Source of the DNA: the human T2T-CHM13v2.0 reference genome, Homo sapiens
Length of the DNA: 64,000 nucleotides
NCBI RefSeq assembly: GCF_009914755.1
Contig: NC_060934.1
Direction: 5' to 3' (one strand)
The position numbers and the translations under genes were made by a program. A model generated the notes under the pieces. That model saw only the letters and a list, made by a program, of their open reading frames with translations, made no database searches and had not been told where the DNA came from. Below, in pieces: positions 39,944 to 52,130 of the stretch; the first letter of the stretch is position 1, and every line of letters starts with the position of its first letter.

Positions 39944-40978
39944 TGTGATGGTTAATAATGAGTGTCAACTTGATTGGATTGAAGGATGTAAAGTATTCAT
40001 CCTGGGTGTGTCTGTGAGGGTGTTGCCAAAAAAAAGATTAACATGTGAGTCAGTGGGCTGGGAAAGGCAGACCCACCCTTAATCTGTGTGGGCACAATCC
40101 AATCAGCTGCCAACCCAGCCATACTATAAGCAGGCAGAAAAATGTGAAAAGAGACAGGCCTCGCCTCCCAGCCTACATCTTTCTCCCATGCTGGATGCTT
40201 CTTGCCCTCGAACATGGACTCCAAGTTCTTCAGTTTTGGAACCCTGGCTGGCTCTTTTTGCTCCTCATCCAGCAGATGGCCTATTGTGAGACTTGGTGAC
40301 TGTGTGAGTTAATACTTAATAAACTTCCTGTATTAGCCAGTGACATCTAGAGGGACAGAACTAACAGGAGATATATATATATATATATAGATAGATAGAT
40401 AGATATAGATATATATATAGATATATATATAGATATATATATAGATATATATATAGATATATATATAGATATATATATATAGATATATATATATATACAT
40501 ACACACATACATACATATATATATGCACACACACACACATATATATATATTTATTTATAAAGGGGAGTTTATTAACTTATAGGATCATAAGTTACACAAT
40601 GGGTTGTCTGCAAACTGATGAGAAAGGAGAGCCATGGAGTCCAATGTTTGAGGGCAGGAAGAAACCAGCATGGGAGAAAGATGTAGGCTGGGAGGCTAGG
40701 CCAGTCTCTCCTTTTCAAATTTTTCTGCCTGCTTTATATTTGCTGGCAGCAGATTAGATTTTGCCCACCAGATTAAGGGTGGGTCTGCCTTCCCCAGCCC
40801 ACTGACTCAAATGTTAATCTCTTTCGGCAACACTCTCACAGACACACCCTGGGTCAATACTTCATATCCCTCAATCCTATCAAGTTGACACTCATTATTA
40901 ACCATCTCACTCCCCTTCATATATATATATGTATATAGTCCTTTAATTCTGTCACTCTAGAGAACCCTGACTAATACA
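39944..40978 (+). mobile_element. HERV-L 3' LTR (MLT2A-type), split into 39944-40328 and 40910-40978
   Basis: TGTGATGGTTAATAATGAGTGTCAAC...AATAAACTTCC, interrupted, resuming CTCCCCTTCATATAT...CTAGAGAACCCTGACTAATACA. Confidence 0.88.
40329..40909 (-). mobile_element. Antisense solo MLT2A LTR nested in the 3' LTR, with expanded (TA)/(GATATA) microsatellite at about 40370-40550
   Basis: Begins TGTATTAG (reverse complement of the LTR end) and ends TTAACCATCTCA (reverse complement of the LTR start); flanks CTTCC/CTCCC form a 5-bp TSD with one mismatch. Confidence 0.88.
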
Positions 40979-41009
40979 TCTACACTTCTGATGGTCTATT
41001 TCTTTTATT

Positions 41010-41248
41010 TTAGGTCATTTATTTCCCCTGGGTTGCCTACACTCGCTTCTTCCCACTCCCCTATGAAGGACAATATAAGCCTCTGGACCTCACTAAGTCA
41101 GGGCATGTCCCTGCTTGCACTATGCATGACACTTACCTCTTTTACTCTTTAGCAATGAGGGAATGTCATCCTTACCCAGATGCCAGCCACCCGTCTCACA
41201 TCCAGGACAGAGAGTCTCCATCTCCTCTCCAGCAAATACCCATGTATG
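41010..41248 (+). pseudogene. Second IGKV relic fragment (intron, acceptor and FR1), truncated
   Basis: TTTTACTCTTTAG acceptor (AG at 41151-41152), then AAT GTC ATC CTT ACC CAG ATG CCA GCC ACC...CAG AGA GTC TCC ATC TCC (NVILTQMPAT..GQRVSIS, with frameshifts); aligns by eye to the reverse complement of the 33.7-kb relic. Confidence 0.7.
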
Positions 41249-41390
41249 TGGGCATGGTGGCATGTCCCTGTGATCCCAGCTACTCCATAGGCTTAGTGGG
41301 GAGAATCACTTGTGCTTGAGAATTCAAGATTGCAATGAGCCATGATCACACCACTGCACTTCATGCTGGGTAACTGAGTGAGACCCTGTG
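41249..41390 (+). mobile_element. Old Alu right arm/FRAM-like monomer
   Basis: TGGGCATGGTGGCATG..CCCAGCTACTC...TGAGCCATGATCACACCACTGCACT...GAGTGAGACCCTG. Confidence 0.8.
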
Positions 41391-41504
41391 ATTTTTCCCC
41401 TACATTTTACAGATTTTTTTTTACTCTTTCTTCTATTAATTTATGTTTTGTCCATTCATTTTCTGCAAACCTTTAGAGGGCAAATAGGAAGTTTCCCTTT
41501 TTAA

Positions 41505-41821
<317 letters not shown>

Positions 41822-42449
41822 CCCTACTGCCTCACTGAATTAAAGCCGTGTTCAGCAGTTTCTTTGTTATTTCAAAGAGTGGCATCTGCTTCAGCAGGGT
41901 CAGTTTTTAATGTATTTGTTTTGTTTCTTTTTTCTCTGGTGTTCTTTTTTATTTTATTATAATTTTTTAAATTTGAGGGATGAGGTTTTCATAGTACTGA
42001 ATATCAAACAATGAATCCGCATGAATGATTCACCTAATTTCCTTGGTTTTAGTCCTCTATACAGGTTTTATATAGCAAAAGAACCATTTAAAGACTTGGG
42101 TTACAAATGTATTTTATTTTACCTCTGGCATGCCTTGGCCTGAGAAAGCATTATATGGTGGCACAATATTTGTAACATTCTCATCGCCATCTGGTGGTGG
42201 TTCGAGGTATGACGTTTTGAAAATCTAGCAAGAATTAAAATATGTCAAGTTAGAAAGAAAAATTCCAGATTATTATTAAGATATAATTCATTTTGCCCCA
42301 AGTATATACTTCAGACTAAGCATCCTGGAACTAGGTTCTATAATTAAATAGATAAATTACACTGACAACAATGAGAAAGAGCCTTATCATTATTATTGTC
42401 TTCCTAATAATAGAAACTTTTATAAATGCATGCAATCCCAGGTAACCAA

Positions 42450-43530
42450 AAGTTTCCTTATAAAGTGTAACAGCGGAGCCTCAAAGGTGGCACTTTGGCA
42501 AGCCTCTTTTTTTGACTATGGCTTTTCAGCTTCCTTTGTGGGCTCCTTTTCTTTCATCTTTATTTAAATAATATTTCCTTATGTTTTATCCCCAGCCCGT
42601 TGCTTGCCTCTGTACTGCCTCCCTGCGAGACTTCATTAAGTATCAGAATTTTACCCATAGCTCATATGCTTATGATGCTTACCTTTTCAGATTCGTATAT
42701 TTAAATGTTTTGTGGTTATTTCATTCTGGATGTCCTAACTCAACATGTCTCACCCCGGGCCTGCTTTTGGTCTGCATTTCCTACCTCTATTAATAGCTTC
42801 AGTCATTAGCCACGGACACCAGACAGTCTCGGAGTCATCCTGAACTCTGTCTTCCCCTCCTTCCCCAAGTCAATCACTAATCAAGTCCTGCTAATACATT
42901 ACCTTACTATTTCTGAAATCCATCCCTCTTCCTCATTCCTACTAACATCCTAATTTAAAACTTTATTATCTTTTACCTGGACTATTGTCTTAAGACAACA
43001 ACTTTAATCCGTTGCTTAGCCTAGGTGTAATCCACAGAGGATCTTGTCTGTCTAAAATGCCCCTCTAGCCACATCCTTCGCCTGCTCAGATCTTGTCATT
43101 GGCTCCCATGAACTGAAGTTGAAGTTTAAGCTCCTTAGGACAGCATACACGCGCTTCTATGATCTGTTCCCAGAACATATTTACTGGTTTATTTCATATC
43201 ATGGCCCACTTTGTATTTTACACTTTTGAAATACAGACAATCATTACATTCTCCCAATAGTACTAAGCTAGTGTATGCCTAAAAGCCTTTGCCAATATTT
43301 TATCTTTTGTTGAGAATTCTCTTAGCTTATTTTGTCACGTGGTTAACTCCTTATGTCCTTTCATGACTCACAAGTCAAGACTTCAGGAAACCTTCTCTAA
43401 CTCCCAGGCTGGGCTGAGTGACCCTTTTCTGGGTAAATAATGAACTCTAATCATACTCTTCATAGCACTTACCATACTAATTTGAAGTCTGAAGTATTCC
43501 ATTGTCTGCCTCACTTTACTTAGGCAAAGG
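42450..43530 (+). mobile_element. LINE-2 fragment
   Basis: CTCAACATGTC, GGAGTCATCCTGA, CCTGGACTATTG and CAGGAAACCTTCTCTAAC motifs. Confidence 0.65.
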
Positions 43531-43944
43531 AACCATGTCCTAGTCTCATTCTGGCCTCAGGAGTTCAGCCTGGGTGACAGTGGGAGACTGTGTGTCAAAA
43601 AAAAAAAAAATTGCCAATGATTGAAGCCTAATACTGAAGATTCTGGTTTATTAATAATTAGTCTGTTGCTGGGTGTTAATTGAGCTCCCCAAGTGATTAC
43701 TCATGTAGGACTTCAAACCAATAATTTAGAACCTTGTGACTCAAAATCTGGGCAAAAATAAGCAGCATCAGTATCACCTGGGAGCAGCTTCCGGTCTCAT
43801 TTTAGATTTACTCTGAATCTAAATATTATATTTTTATTAAAAAAAAACAAGAACAGATGACAAGCTTCAACTACATCTAAATTCTTTAGATTTACTTTAA
43901 AAGAATCAACATTTTGACACAATACCAAAGTGAACTAAATTCGC

Positions 43945-44241
43945 TTTTTTTTTTTTTTTGAGACATAGTCTTGCTCTGTTGCCCAGGCTGGAGCGCAGTG
44001 GTGCAATCTCGGCTCACTGCAACTTCCACCTCTCCAGTTGAAGCGATTATCTTGCCTCGGCCTCCAAAGTAGCTGGGATTACAGGCACATGCCATCATTC
44101 CCGGCTAATTTTTGTATTTTTAGTAGAGACAGGGTTTCACAATGTTGGGTCAGCTGGTCTCGAACTCCTGACTTCAAGTGATCTGCCCACCTCGGCCTTC
44201 CAAAGTGCTGAGATTATAGACATGGGCCACGATGCCCAGCC
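43945..44241 (-). mobile_element. Alu (AluS)
   Basis: Poly-T plus antisense dimer; TSD TAAATT(C/T)GCTTT. Confidence 0.92.
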
Positions 44242-44357
44242 TAAATTTGCTTTAATTTGGAGTACTGGTCTAGAAAACACAAATTCCAAGGAGACTCAGG
44301 TTCTTAAGTTGATTTCTTGAGTACAAGTTCTTCAAATGCATTCTCCAAGATTAATTT

Positions 44358-46450
44358 TTTTTTGTACTTTTTAAATTGACAAAGATTATACATATTCATG
44401 GCTATACGGGGATGTTTCAGTACATGTAGATGGTGATCAGATCAGGGTAATTAGCATATCTATCATCTCAAACATTTATTATTTCTTTGTGTTGGGAACA
44501 TTCAAACTACTCCTAGGTATTTTAAACTACATAATATAGTATCGTTAACTATAGTCATCTACAGTACTGTAGAACACTAGAACTTATTACTCCTACCTAG
44601 CTGTAATTTTGTATCCATTAACAAATCTCTTACTATTCCTCCTTTCTCGCTACCCTTTTCAGCCTGCAGTATCCTCTGTTCTACTTTTTACTTCTATGAG
44701 ATCAACTTTTTTTTAGCTTCTGCGTGAGTGAGAACATGTGGTGTTGAAATTTCTATTCCTGGCTTATTTTGCTTAACATAATATCCTCCAGTTCCATCCA
44801 TGTTGCTGAGAATGACAGGATTTTATTTATTCTTTTTTATGGCTAAATAGCATTCCTTGGTGTACATATACCACATTTTAAAAATCCATTCATCTGTTGT
44901 TGGAAACCTAGGTTGATTCCATATCTTGGCTATTGTGAACACTGTTGCAATAAACATGGGGATGCAGATGTCTCTGCAATATAATGCTTTTCTTTCCTTT
45001 GGATAAATACCCAGTAGTGGGATTGCTTGAGGGGTTTCAATACTGTTCTCCATACTGGCTGCACTAATTTACATTCCTACCAACAGTGCATAAGAGTTCC
45101 TTTTTCTCCAGCTACTCAGGAGGCTGAGGGAGGAGAACTATTTGAACCCTAGAAGCAGAGGGAGCCAGATTACACCATCACTGCACTCCAGCCTGGACAG
45201 AGAGTGAGACTCTGTCAAAAAAAAAAGTCCCTTTTCTTCACGTCTTTGTCAGCATTTGTTATTTTTGTCTCTTCTATAATAGCCATCCTAACTGGAGTAA
45301 GATGATGCCTCACTGTGGCTTTGATTAGCATTTCCTTGCTGATTAGTGGTGTTGAACATTTTTTCATATATTTGTTGGTCATTTGTATGTCTTCTTTTGA
45401 GAAATGTCTGTTCAGAGCATTTGTTTATATTTAATTAGATTGTTGTGCTTCTTTGCTGTTGATATGTTTGAATTCCTTGTATATTCTTGATATTAATTTC
45501 CTGCCGGATGAGTAGTTTATATTTTCTCCCATTCTGTAGGTTGTGTTTTCACTCACTTTATTATTTCCTTTGCTGTGCAGAAGATTTTTAGCTTGATGTG
45601 ATCCCATTTATTTATTTTTTCTTTTGTTGCCTGTGCTTTTGATGCCTTATTCATAAAATATTTTCCCAGAGCAGTGTCCTGAAGGATCTCCCTTATGTTT
45701 TATTCTAGTAGCTTTACCATTTTGGGTCTTATATTTGGGTATTTGAGATACTTTGAGTTGATTTTTGTATAGGGTGAGAGGCAGGGGTCTAGTTTCATTC
45801 TTCTGCATATGGATACCCAGTTTTTCCAGCACCATTTATTGAAGAGACTATCCTTTCCCCAATGAGTGTTCTTGGCATCTTTGTAAAAAATCCGTTGGCT
45901 GAGATATGTGGATTTTCTGGGTTCTTTATTCTATTCCATAGGTCTATGTGTCTGTTTTTATGCCAATACCATGATGTTTTGGGTTACTACAGTTTTGTAG
46001 TATATTCTGAGGTCTGGTAGCATGATACATCCAGCTTTGTTCTTTTTGCTTAGGATGGCTTTGGCTATTCAGGATATTTTTTGATTCCATAAAATCTCTT
46101 TGGATTTTTTTAATTTTGTGAAGAATGTTCATAGGTATTTTGATAGAGATTGCATTGAATCTGTAGGTTGCTTTTGAGTAGTACTGTCACTTTAACAACG
46201 TTCATATTTCTGATCCATGAGTATGAATGTCTTTTCATTTGTTTGCATCCTCTTTAATTTCTTTCATTAGTGATTTGTAGTTTTCATTTTACCTCCTTGG
46301 TTACATTTATGTCTGGGATTTTTTTTGGTAACTATTGTAAATGGGTTTGCCTTCTTAATTTCTTTTTCAGCGAGTTTGTTGTTCATATATATAAATGCAA
46401 CCAATCTTTGTGTATTAGTTTTGTGTCTTGCACAAATAATTTCTTTATCT
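44358..46450 (-). mobile_element. LINE-1 3' part (L1MA/L1PB-like), antisense, with an Alu right-arm insertion at about 45108-45226 (+)
   Basis: Antisense 3'UTR (GATCAGATCAGGGTAATTAGCATATC) and ORF2 residues (IPMFIATVFTIAKIWNQPR..DEWI..MWY); the Alu fragment is flanked by AAGAGTTCCTTTTTCT/AAAAGTCCCTTTTCT. Confidence 0.9.
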
Positions 46451-48662
46451 TCTAGTTCTGGAAATACCAGGTGCTGTGTATGTAAAGCAGGAATTTTGGT
46501 TGAATATTGTATAATTTTCTGACCCCCTGTTACTAATCCAGTTTCCCCTGTACTCTGATCTTCCATGCTACAGACAGACTGACAGATGCTCAGCAAATAG
46601 TAGCTAATATTTTCTAGGAAACTAGGTGCTAAACGAGTTTTCTTAAATTTCTACCTCCAGGTCTGTAAGTTGATTTGAAGCATTACCAGTTTCTGGTTCT
46701 GCACAGGTTGTTGAGCGCAGGACTTCTCTCTTCCAGTGGAAAGTCCACCTGCTCACAAACAACCATCCTTTCCTGCGGCCTTCAGACACTGCTCAGTGTA
46801 GCACCCCTCCCAGTCTAGAATAAGCACACTCATCATCAGTCTCTCTCATTTTCTGTCTTATCTCCATTCCTTCTACACACAGTTTTTGTTTTTGCCAATG
46901 TTTTTAAATAAACAACTGTACAAGCACAACAATGACAACAGAAACCCTCCTTCCTCCCAGTGTTGTAGTGAGCAAGGAATATATTTAACTTCAAATAAAA
47001 GACAAAAACAAATGCTGGATAAAGCTGACGGAAAGAAATGAAACTGTAGGTGCTCTGGCAATATAGAAATGATACAACTAAGAAAAATGGAAGAAAAGGA
47101 AAGAGAAAGTATTCCTCAGAATGATTTTACTGACTGCTCACTGTAATGCCTGGGAGTCAACGGATATTGTTTATAGAAATGTAAGCATACTTAATGGCAC
47201 CAGGGGAAACAAAGTTAATATGATTAAATCAAATTGTGGGATGAAAAATCACATAAGGAGGACAAGAAAGAGAATACAGCTAATACCATTGTTCTTAGTT
47301 TAGAGACATTAGCTACTGTCTAAAGAAAGAGATGATTTTATGAAATTACATAAGGTAGCCATCAGAATAAAAGTTTAACTCTTCCAAATATCACAACATC
47401 AAAACAAAAGCAATAAAAACAAACAAGACAGCAAAAGACAGATATGTACATATAAATCATAGCATAATATACTGTAATCAAAATATAACCAAACACAATT
47501 TATCATTAAAAGTAAGTGGGCTTGACTCTTATTAGAGGAAAAAATATTGTCAGATTAAATCAAAAAGCAAATCTCAATTCTATGCTGGATATAAGATAAA
47601 GTGTTACAGAAAGTTTAGAAATAAAAGTAAAGGCAATGAATAAAAGGATCTTCTCTTCATGCGTTAGGAGTATAAAACAGTAAGTAAACACATCATACAG
47701 TTTCTGTTTTTACACTTAAATGGCTGGAGATGTTACACCACTAGTATGAATTTACTTCAGATATATAAAGGATACACTTTTATGTGGTTAGAAACAGCAA
47801 TGATAATAGTTAAGGTGAAAATAACATCTGCATTGACGCTAGGAAGAAAGAGCCATTGTTGGGTACATAGTGATCACATTACCATGGAGCAATCTGTTCC
47901 CAACTGAAATGCCCTTGCCCTTCTATTGAAATCATGTAAGATTCTGCAAAAGTAGTGTTTACTTCCCACAAATCAGCCATTTGTGGGAATGGCTGCTATT
48001 GTTGTCCACACGGAATCAGCATCAGACCTATATTTAGCTGTTGTACCATTAAGAGTCATATTTGGCCCTTTCCAGAGGCTGTTATTTCAATTATATTTTG
48101 GAGAATTAGTCTATTTGCAGACAAATAATTTTACCAGAACTTTGATCCATATGAAATGACCCTTTGGTAGGGATCCAGGGATTGAGTTTATTTTTAATTA
48201 CTATAGCATCCTGGTCAGGTTGAGAAACAGATTACCTTTATATTTCCCTGGCATGTGAGCAGGGCTAGATTTAGCGTGAGAATGCTTGAAAGTTTATAGT
48301 TTTTTAGAAATTTTATTTACTGTGTGTCTCTTTATCAAAATAAAATTAATTCTGAAAAGCTCTATTAAATGAATTATTTTGAGATGGTCTTTTCCCCTTC
48401 ATCCAATGAGAGGATATCCACAGATATGTCAGGAGCTTGCTTTACGTAGAAATGTGTTGAGGGCCACAGGTTTGGGTTCACCTGGGAATGTTTAGGGACA
48501 CCTCCCCAAGTTGTTGTTGAAGAGTGGGGTAAATGTAAGATAGAATTAGGCTCACGGAGACCAGATGAGAGCATCATGTCACCCCAGAAACACAGCATAT
48601 ACCTAAGAGATCTGTTCTCAGTATCAAAGTCTTAAGCACCGTAAGATTGCATATAGACCAAG

Positions 48663-48670
<8 letters not shown>

Positions 48671-48712
<42 letters not shown>
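48671..48712. repeat. (TA)n microsatellite
   Basis: Direct TA run. Confidence 0.95.
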
Positions 48713-48716
<4 letters not shown>

Positions 48717-48755
48717 ATAAAATCAGTTAATATATAAACATATACTTATTAACTT

Positions 48756-48919
48756 ATTTTTATTTTTATCTTCAGACAGCATCTTGCTCTGTCGCCTAGG
48801 CTGGAGTGCAGTAGTGCAATTAAGGCTCACTGCAGCCTTGACCTCTGGGGCTGAAACTATCCTCCTGCCTCAGTCTCCTAATGTGCTAGGATGAGAGGTG
48901 TGAGTCACCTTGCCAGGCC
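48756..48919 (-). mobile_element. Alu monomer (FRAM/FAM-like)
   Basis: Single antisense arm of about 165 bp. Confidence 0.75.
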
Positions 48920-49675
48920 CAGGGCAATAACTATGCAATGTTTATATAATTTGGAGCAAAAAAAATATTTGAAATATGTGTGCATTGCTTTTTAACCTTT
49001 TCTATTGATTTACTTTATTAAATACTGAATAGAAACAATATATTTATAAAATATTTATTTTATATATATAATAAGCACATAATGAACACCTGTGTCTCCA
49101 GTCTTGGTTTAAGAAATTAAGCCAAAAGTAATCATAAATGCTTATGATTACTTTTGAAGTCATCTGTACAACTTTTGCTGACTACATCCCCTTCTTCAAA
49201 ACTCTAATGATGGCCACTGTGAGCACTGTGTATATTGAATTGTGTTGTATTTTAATACCGTGTGCACTACATTGTTTTCCTAGCTGGATGCTATTGCATT
49301 TAGTGAGCATAATGAATTATATCAATATAATTCACTTTTGTCATTTCATTGTTTCAGCTTTTCTGTACTAATTATTGCCAATATATTTCTACTGGCATAA
49401 AAACAGACACATAGGACAGTGGAACAGAATAGAGATCGCAGACAAATCTACATATTTACAAACAACTCATCTCTGACAAAGGCATCAAGAACATACACGG
49501 GGAAAACAACAGTCTTTTCAATAAATGATCCTGGGAAAACTGAATAACTATATGCAGAAGGATAAAATTAAACCCATCTCACCATACACAAAAATCAAAT
49601 CAAATAAAAATGGATTAAAGACTTGAATCTGAGACCTGAAACTATGAAGCTAATTAAAAAAAAAAGCATAGGAAA

Positions 49676-49910
49676 GGCTGGGCGTGGTGGCTCACGTCTG
49701 TAATCTCAGCACTTTGGGAGGCCAAGGCAGGCGGATCACAAGGTCAGGAGATCGAGACCACCCTGGCTAACACGGTGAAACTCCGTCTCTACTAAAAATA
49801 CAAAAAAAAAAAAAATATAGTGGGGCATGATGGTGGGTGCCTGTAGTCCCAGGTACTCGGGAGGCTGAGGCAGGAGAATGGCGTGAAAAAAAAAAAAAAG
49901 AAAGAAAAAA
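49676..49910 (+). mobile_element. AluY-like element lacking the 3' part of the right arm
   Basis: Normal Alu up to GGAGAATGGCGTGA (49886), then directly an A-tail; flanks AAAGCATAGGAAA/AAAGCGTAGGAGAAA. Confidence 0.88.
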
Positions 49911-50186
49911 AGAAAGCGTAGGAGAAATGCTCCAAGACATTAGTCTGGGCAAAGATTTTTTTGCGTAAGACCTCGGAAGCACAGGCAACAAAAGCAAAAA
50001 TAGGCAATGGGATTATATCAAACTAAAAAGCCTCAAGCAAAGGAAACAATAAAGTGAAGCGCCAACCACAGAATGGGACAAAATATTTTCAAACTATCTA
50101 TCTGATAAAGGATTAACAAGTAGAATATATAAGGAGCTCAAACAACTCAATAATAAACAAACAAAAAATCTGATTGAAAAATGGGC

Positions 50187-50650
50187 TACTGAAGAGGCTG
50201 AGGTAGGAGGATTTCTTTTTTTTTTTTTTTTTTTTTTTTTTGAGATGGAGTCTCACTGTCGCCCAGGCTGGAGTGCAGTGGCGCGATCTCGGCTCACTGC
50301 AGGCTCTGCTCCCCCGGGGTTCATGCCATTCTCCTGCCTCAGCCTCCTGAGTAGCTGGGACTACAGGCGCCCGGCACCAAGCCCGGCTGATTTTTTGTAT
50401 TTTTAGTAGAGACGGGGTTTCACCGTGTTAGCCAGGATGGTCTCGACCTCCTGACCTCGTGATCCGCCCTCCTCAGCCTCCCAAAGTGCTGGGAATACAG
50501 GCGTGAGCCACCGCGCCCGGTCAGGAGGATTTCTTAATCCCAGGAGTTTGAGGTTACAGTGAGCTATGATTATGGTACTGCCCTTTAGCTTGGGTGACAA
50601 AGCAAGACCTTGCTTCTAAAAAAATAATAGTTAAAAATATATAAATAAAT
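50187..50650 (+). mobile_element. Old Alu right-arm fragment (AluJ/FRAM-like) split by an AluY
   Basis: TACTGAAGAGGCTGAGGTAGGAGGATT | ...CCCAGGAGTTTGAGGTTACAGTGAGCTATGAT...; flanked by an AAAAATGGGC duplication. Confidence 0.8.
50218..50522 (-). mobile_element. AluY
   Basis: Long poly-T, CpG-rich antisense dimer, perfect 13-bp TSD AGGAGGATTTCTT (50205-50217 and 50523-50535). Confidence 0.95.
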
Positions 50651-51521
50651 ACAATTTAAAAATGGGCAAAAGATCTGAACAGATATTTTCTCAAAAGAAG
50701 ACATACAAATGGCCAATAGGAAGATGAAAAAATATTCAATATCACTAATCATCAAAGAAATGCAAATCAAAATCACAATGCAATATCATCTCACCTTGGT
50801 TGAAATGACTTGTTTCAAAAAGACAGGCAATAACAGATGCTGGCAAGGATGTGGAGAAAGGGAAATACTAGTACACTGTTGGTGGGAATCTACATTAATA
50901 AAGCCACTATGGAGAACAGTATGGAGGTTCCCCAAAAAAGTAAAAATAGAACTACCACGTGGTCCAGCAATTTCTTTACTGGATATATATCCAAAATAAA
51001 GGAAATTAATATATCAAAGACATATCTACATGCCGATGTGTACTGCAGCACTATTCACAATAGACAAAATATGGAATCAACGTACAACAAATGAATAGAT
51101 TTTAAAAGTCATATATATACATAATGGAATACTACTCAGATACAAAGAAGAATGAAATTCTGTCATTCGCAGCAACATAGGTGGCACTGGCCATTTGGCT
51201 TAACGTAATGAACATAGGCCATTGTGTTAAGTGGAATGAGCCAAGCACAGAAAGGCAAATACCACATGTTGTCACTCATATGTGGGCAGTAAAAAAGTGG
51301 ATCTCATGAAGATAGAAAGTAAATCGGTGGTTGCTAGAGGCCAGCAAGGGGAGTGGGAAGAGGAGATTAAGAGAAGAAAATATAAATGTATTTATCACCA
51401 CTAAACTGTCCTCTAAAAATGTACAGATGGTAAATTATATATATATTTTTTAACTCAATAAAAAATTAAAAAAATTCTGCTGTGTGTTTATAGGGCACAT
51501 GTACAAGACTTTCTCTAGGGT

Positions 51522-52130
51522 TGTATCAGTTTTCTGTTCCTGCTGTAACAATTTACCACAAATTCAGTGGCTTAAAATAACACATTTTTGTGAGATTTGA
51601 GTCAGTTTTAAAAAACACACACAAACTTATTGTCTTAGAATTGTTTTGGTTGGAAATCTGGCATGGCTCTCACTGAACTAATATCAAGATGTTGGCAGGC
51701 TGCATTTCTTTCTAAAGGCTCTAAAAGAGCATCTGGGTTGTTGGCAGAATTCCGTTCCTTGTGGTTGTAGATCCTCAGTTTCTTCCTGGTTGTAAACTTT
51801 GGGTCATTCCCAGCTTCTAAAGGTCACTGGCTTTCCTTGGCTTGTGGCCCCCTACCACTGTTTTAAAAGCCAGTAATAGCAGGCCACATCTTTCTCATAC
51901 TGCCATCTGTCTGAATCTCAGCATCCAGAAAATATTCTCTGCTCTCAAGGAATTATGAGATTAGATTGGCTCACCAAGGTAATTCAAGGTAACTTCCCCA
52001 TTTCAATGACCTTAATGGTAATCACATCTGCCAAGTCCCTTTGAACATGCTAACTTACGTTAGCATGTTCACCTTATCTGAAGACTGGGATGTGGCTGTC
52101 TTTGGTGGGGGGCAATTATTCTGCCTAACC
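51522..52130 (-). mobile_element. MaLR LTR (MLT1D/E-like)
   Basis: CTGCTGTAACAATTTACCACAAATTCAGTGGCTTAAAATAACAC; CAAGATGTTGGCAGGCTGCATT; TAATCACATCTGCCAAGTCCCTT. Confidence 0.8.

Larger units (their letters stand above)
49390..51470 (+). mobile_element. LINE-1 3' part (L1MA-like) carrying three nested Alu insertions
   Basis: ORF2 motifs [60 protein letters not shown]...HCWWE; A-rich end. Confidence 0.9.
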
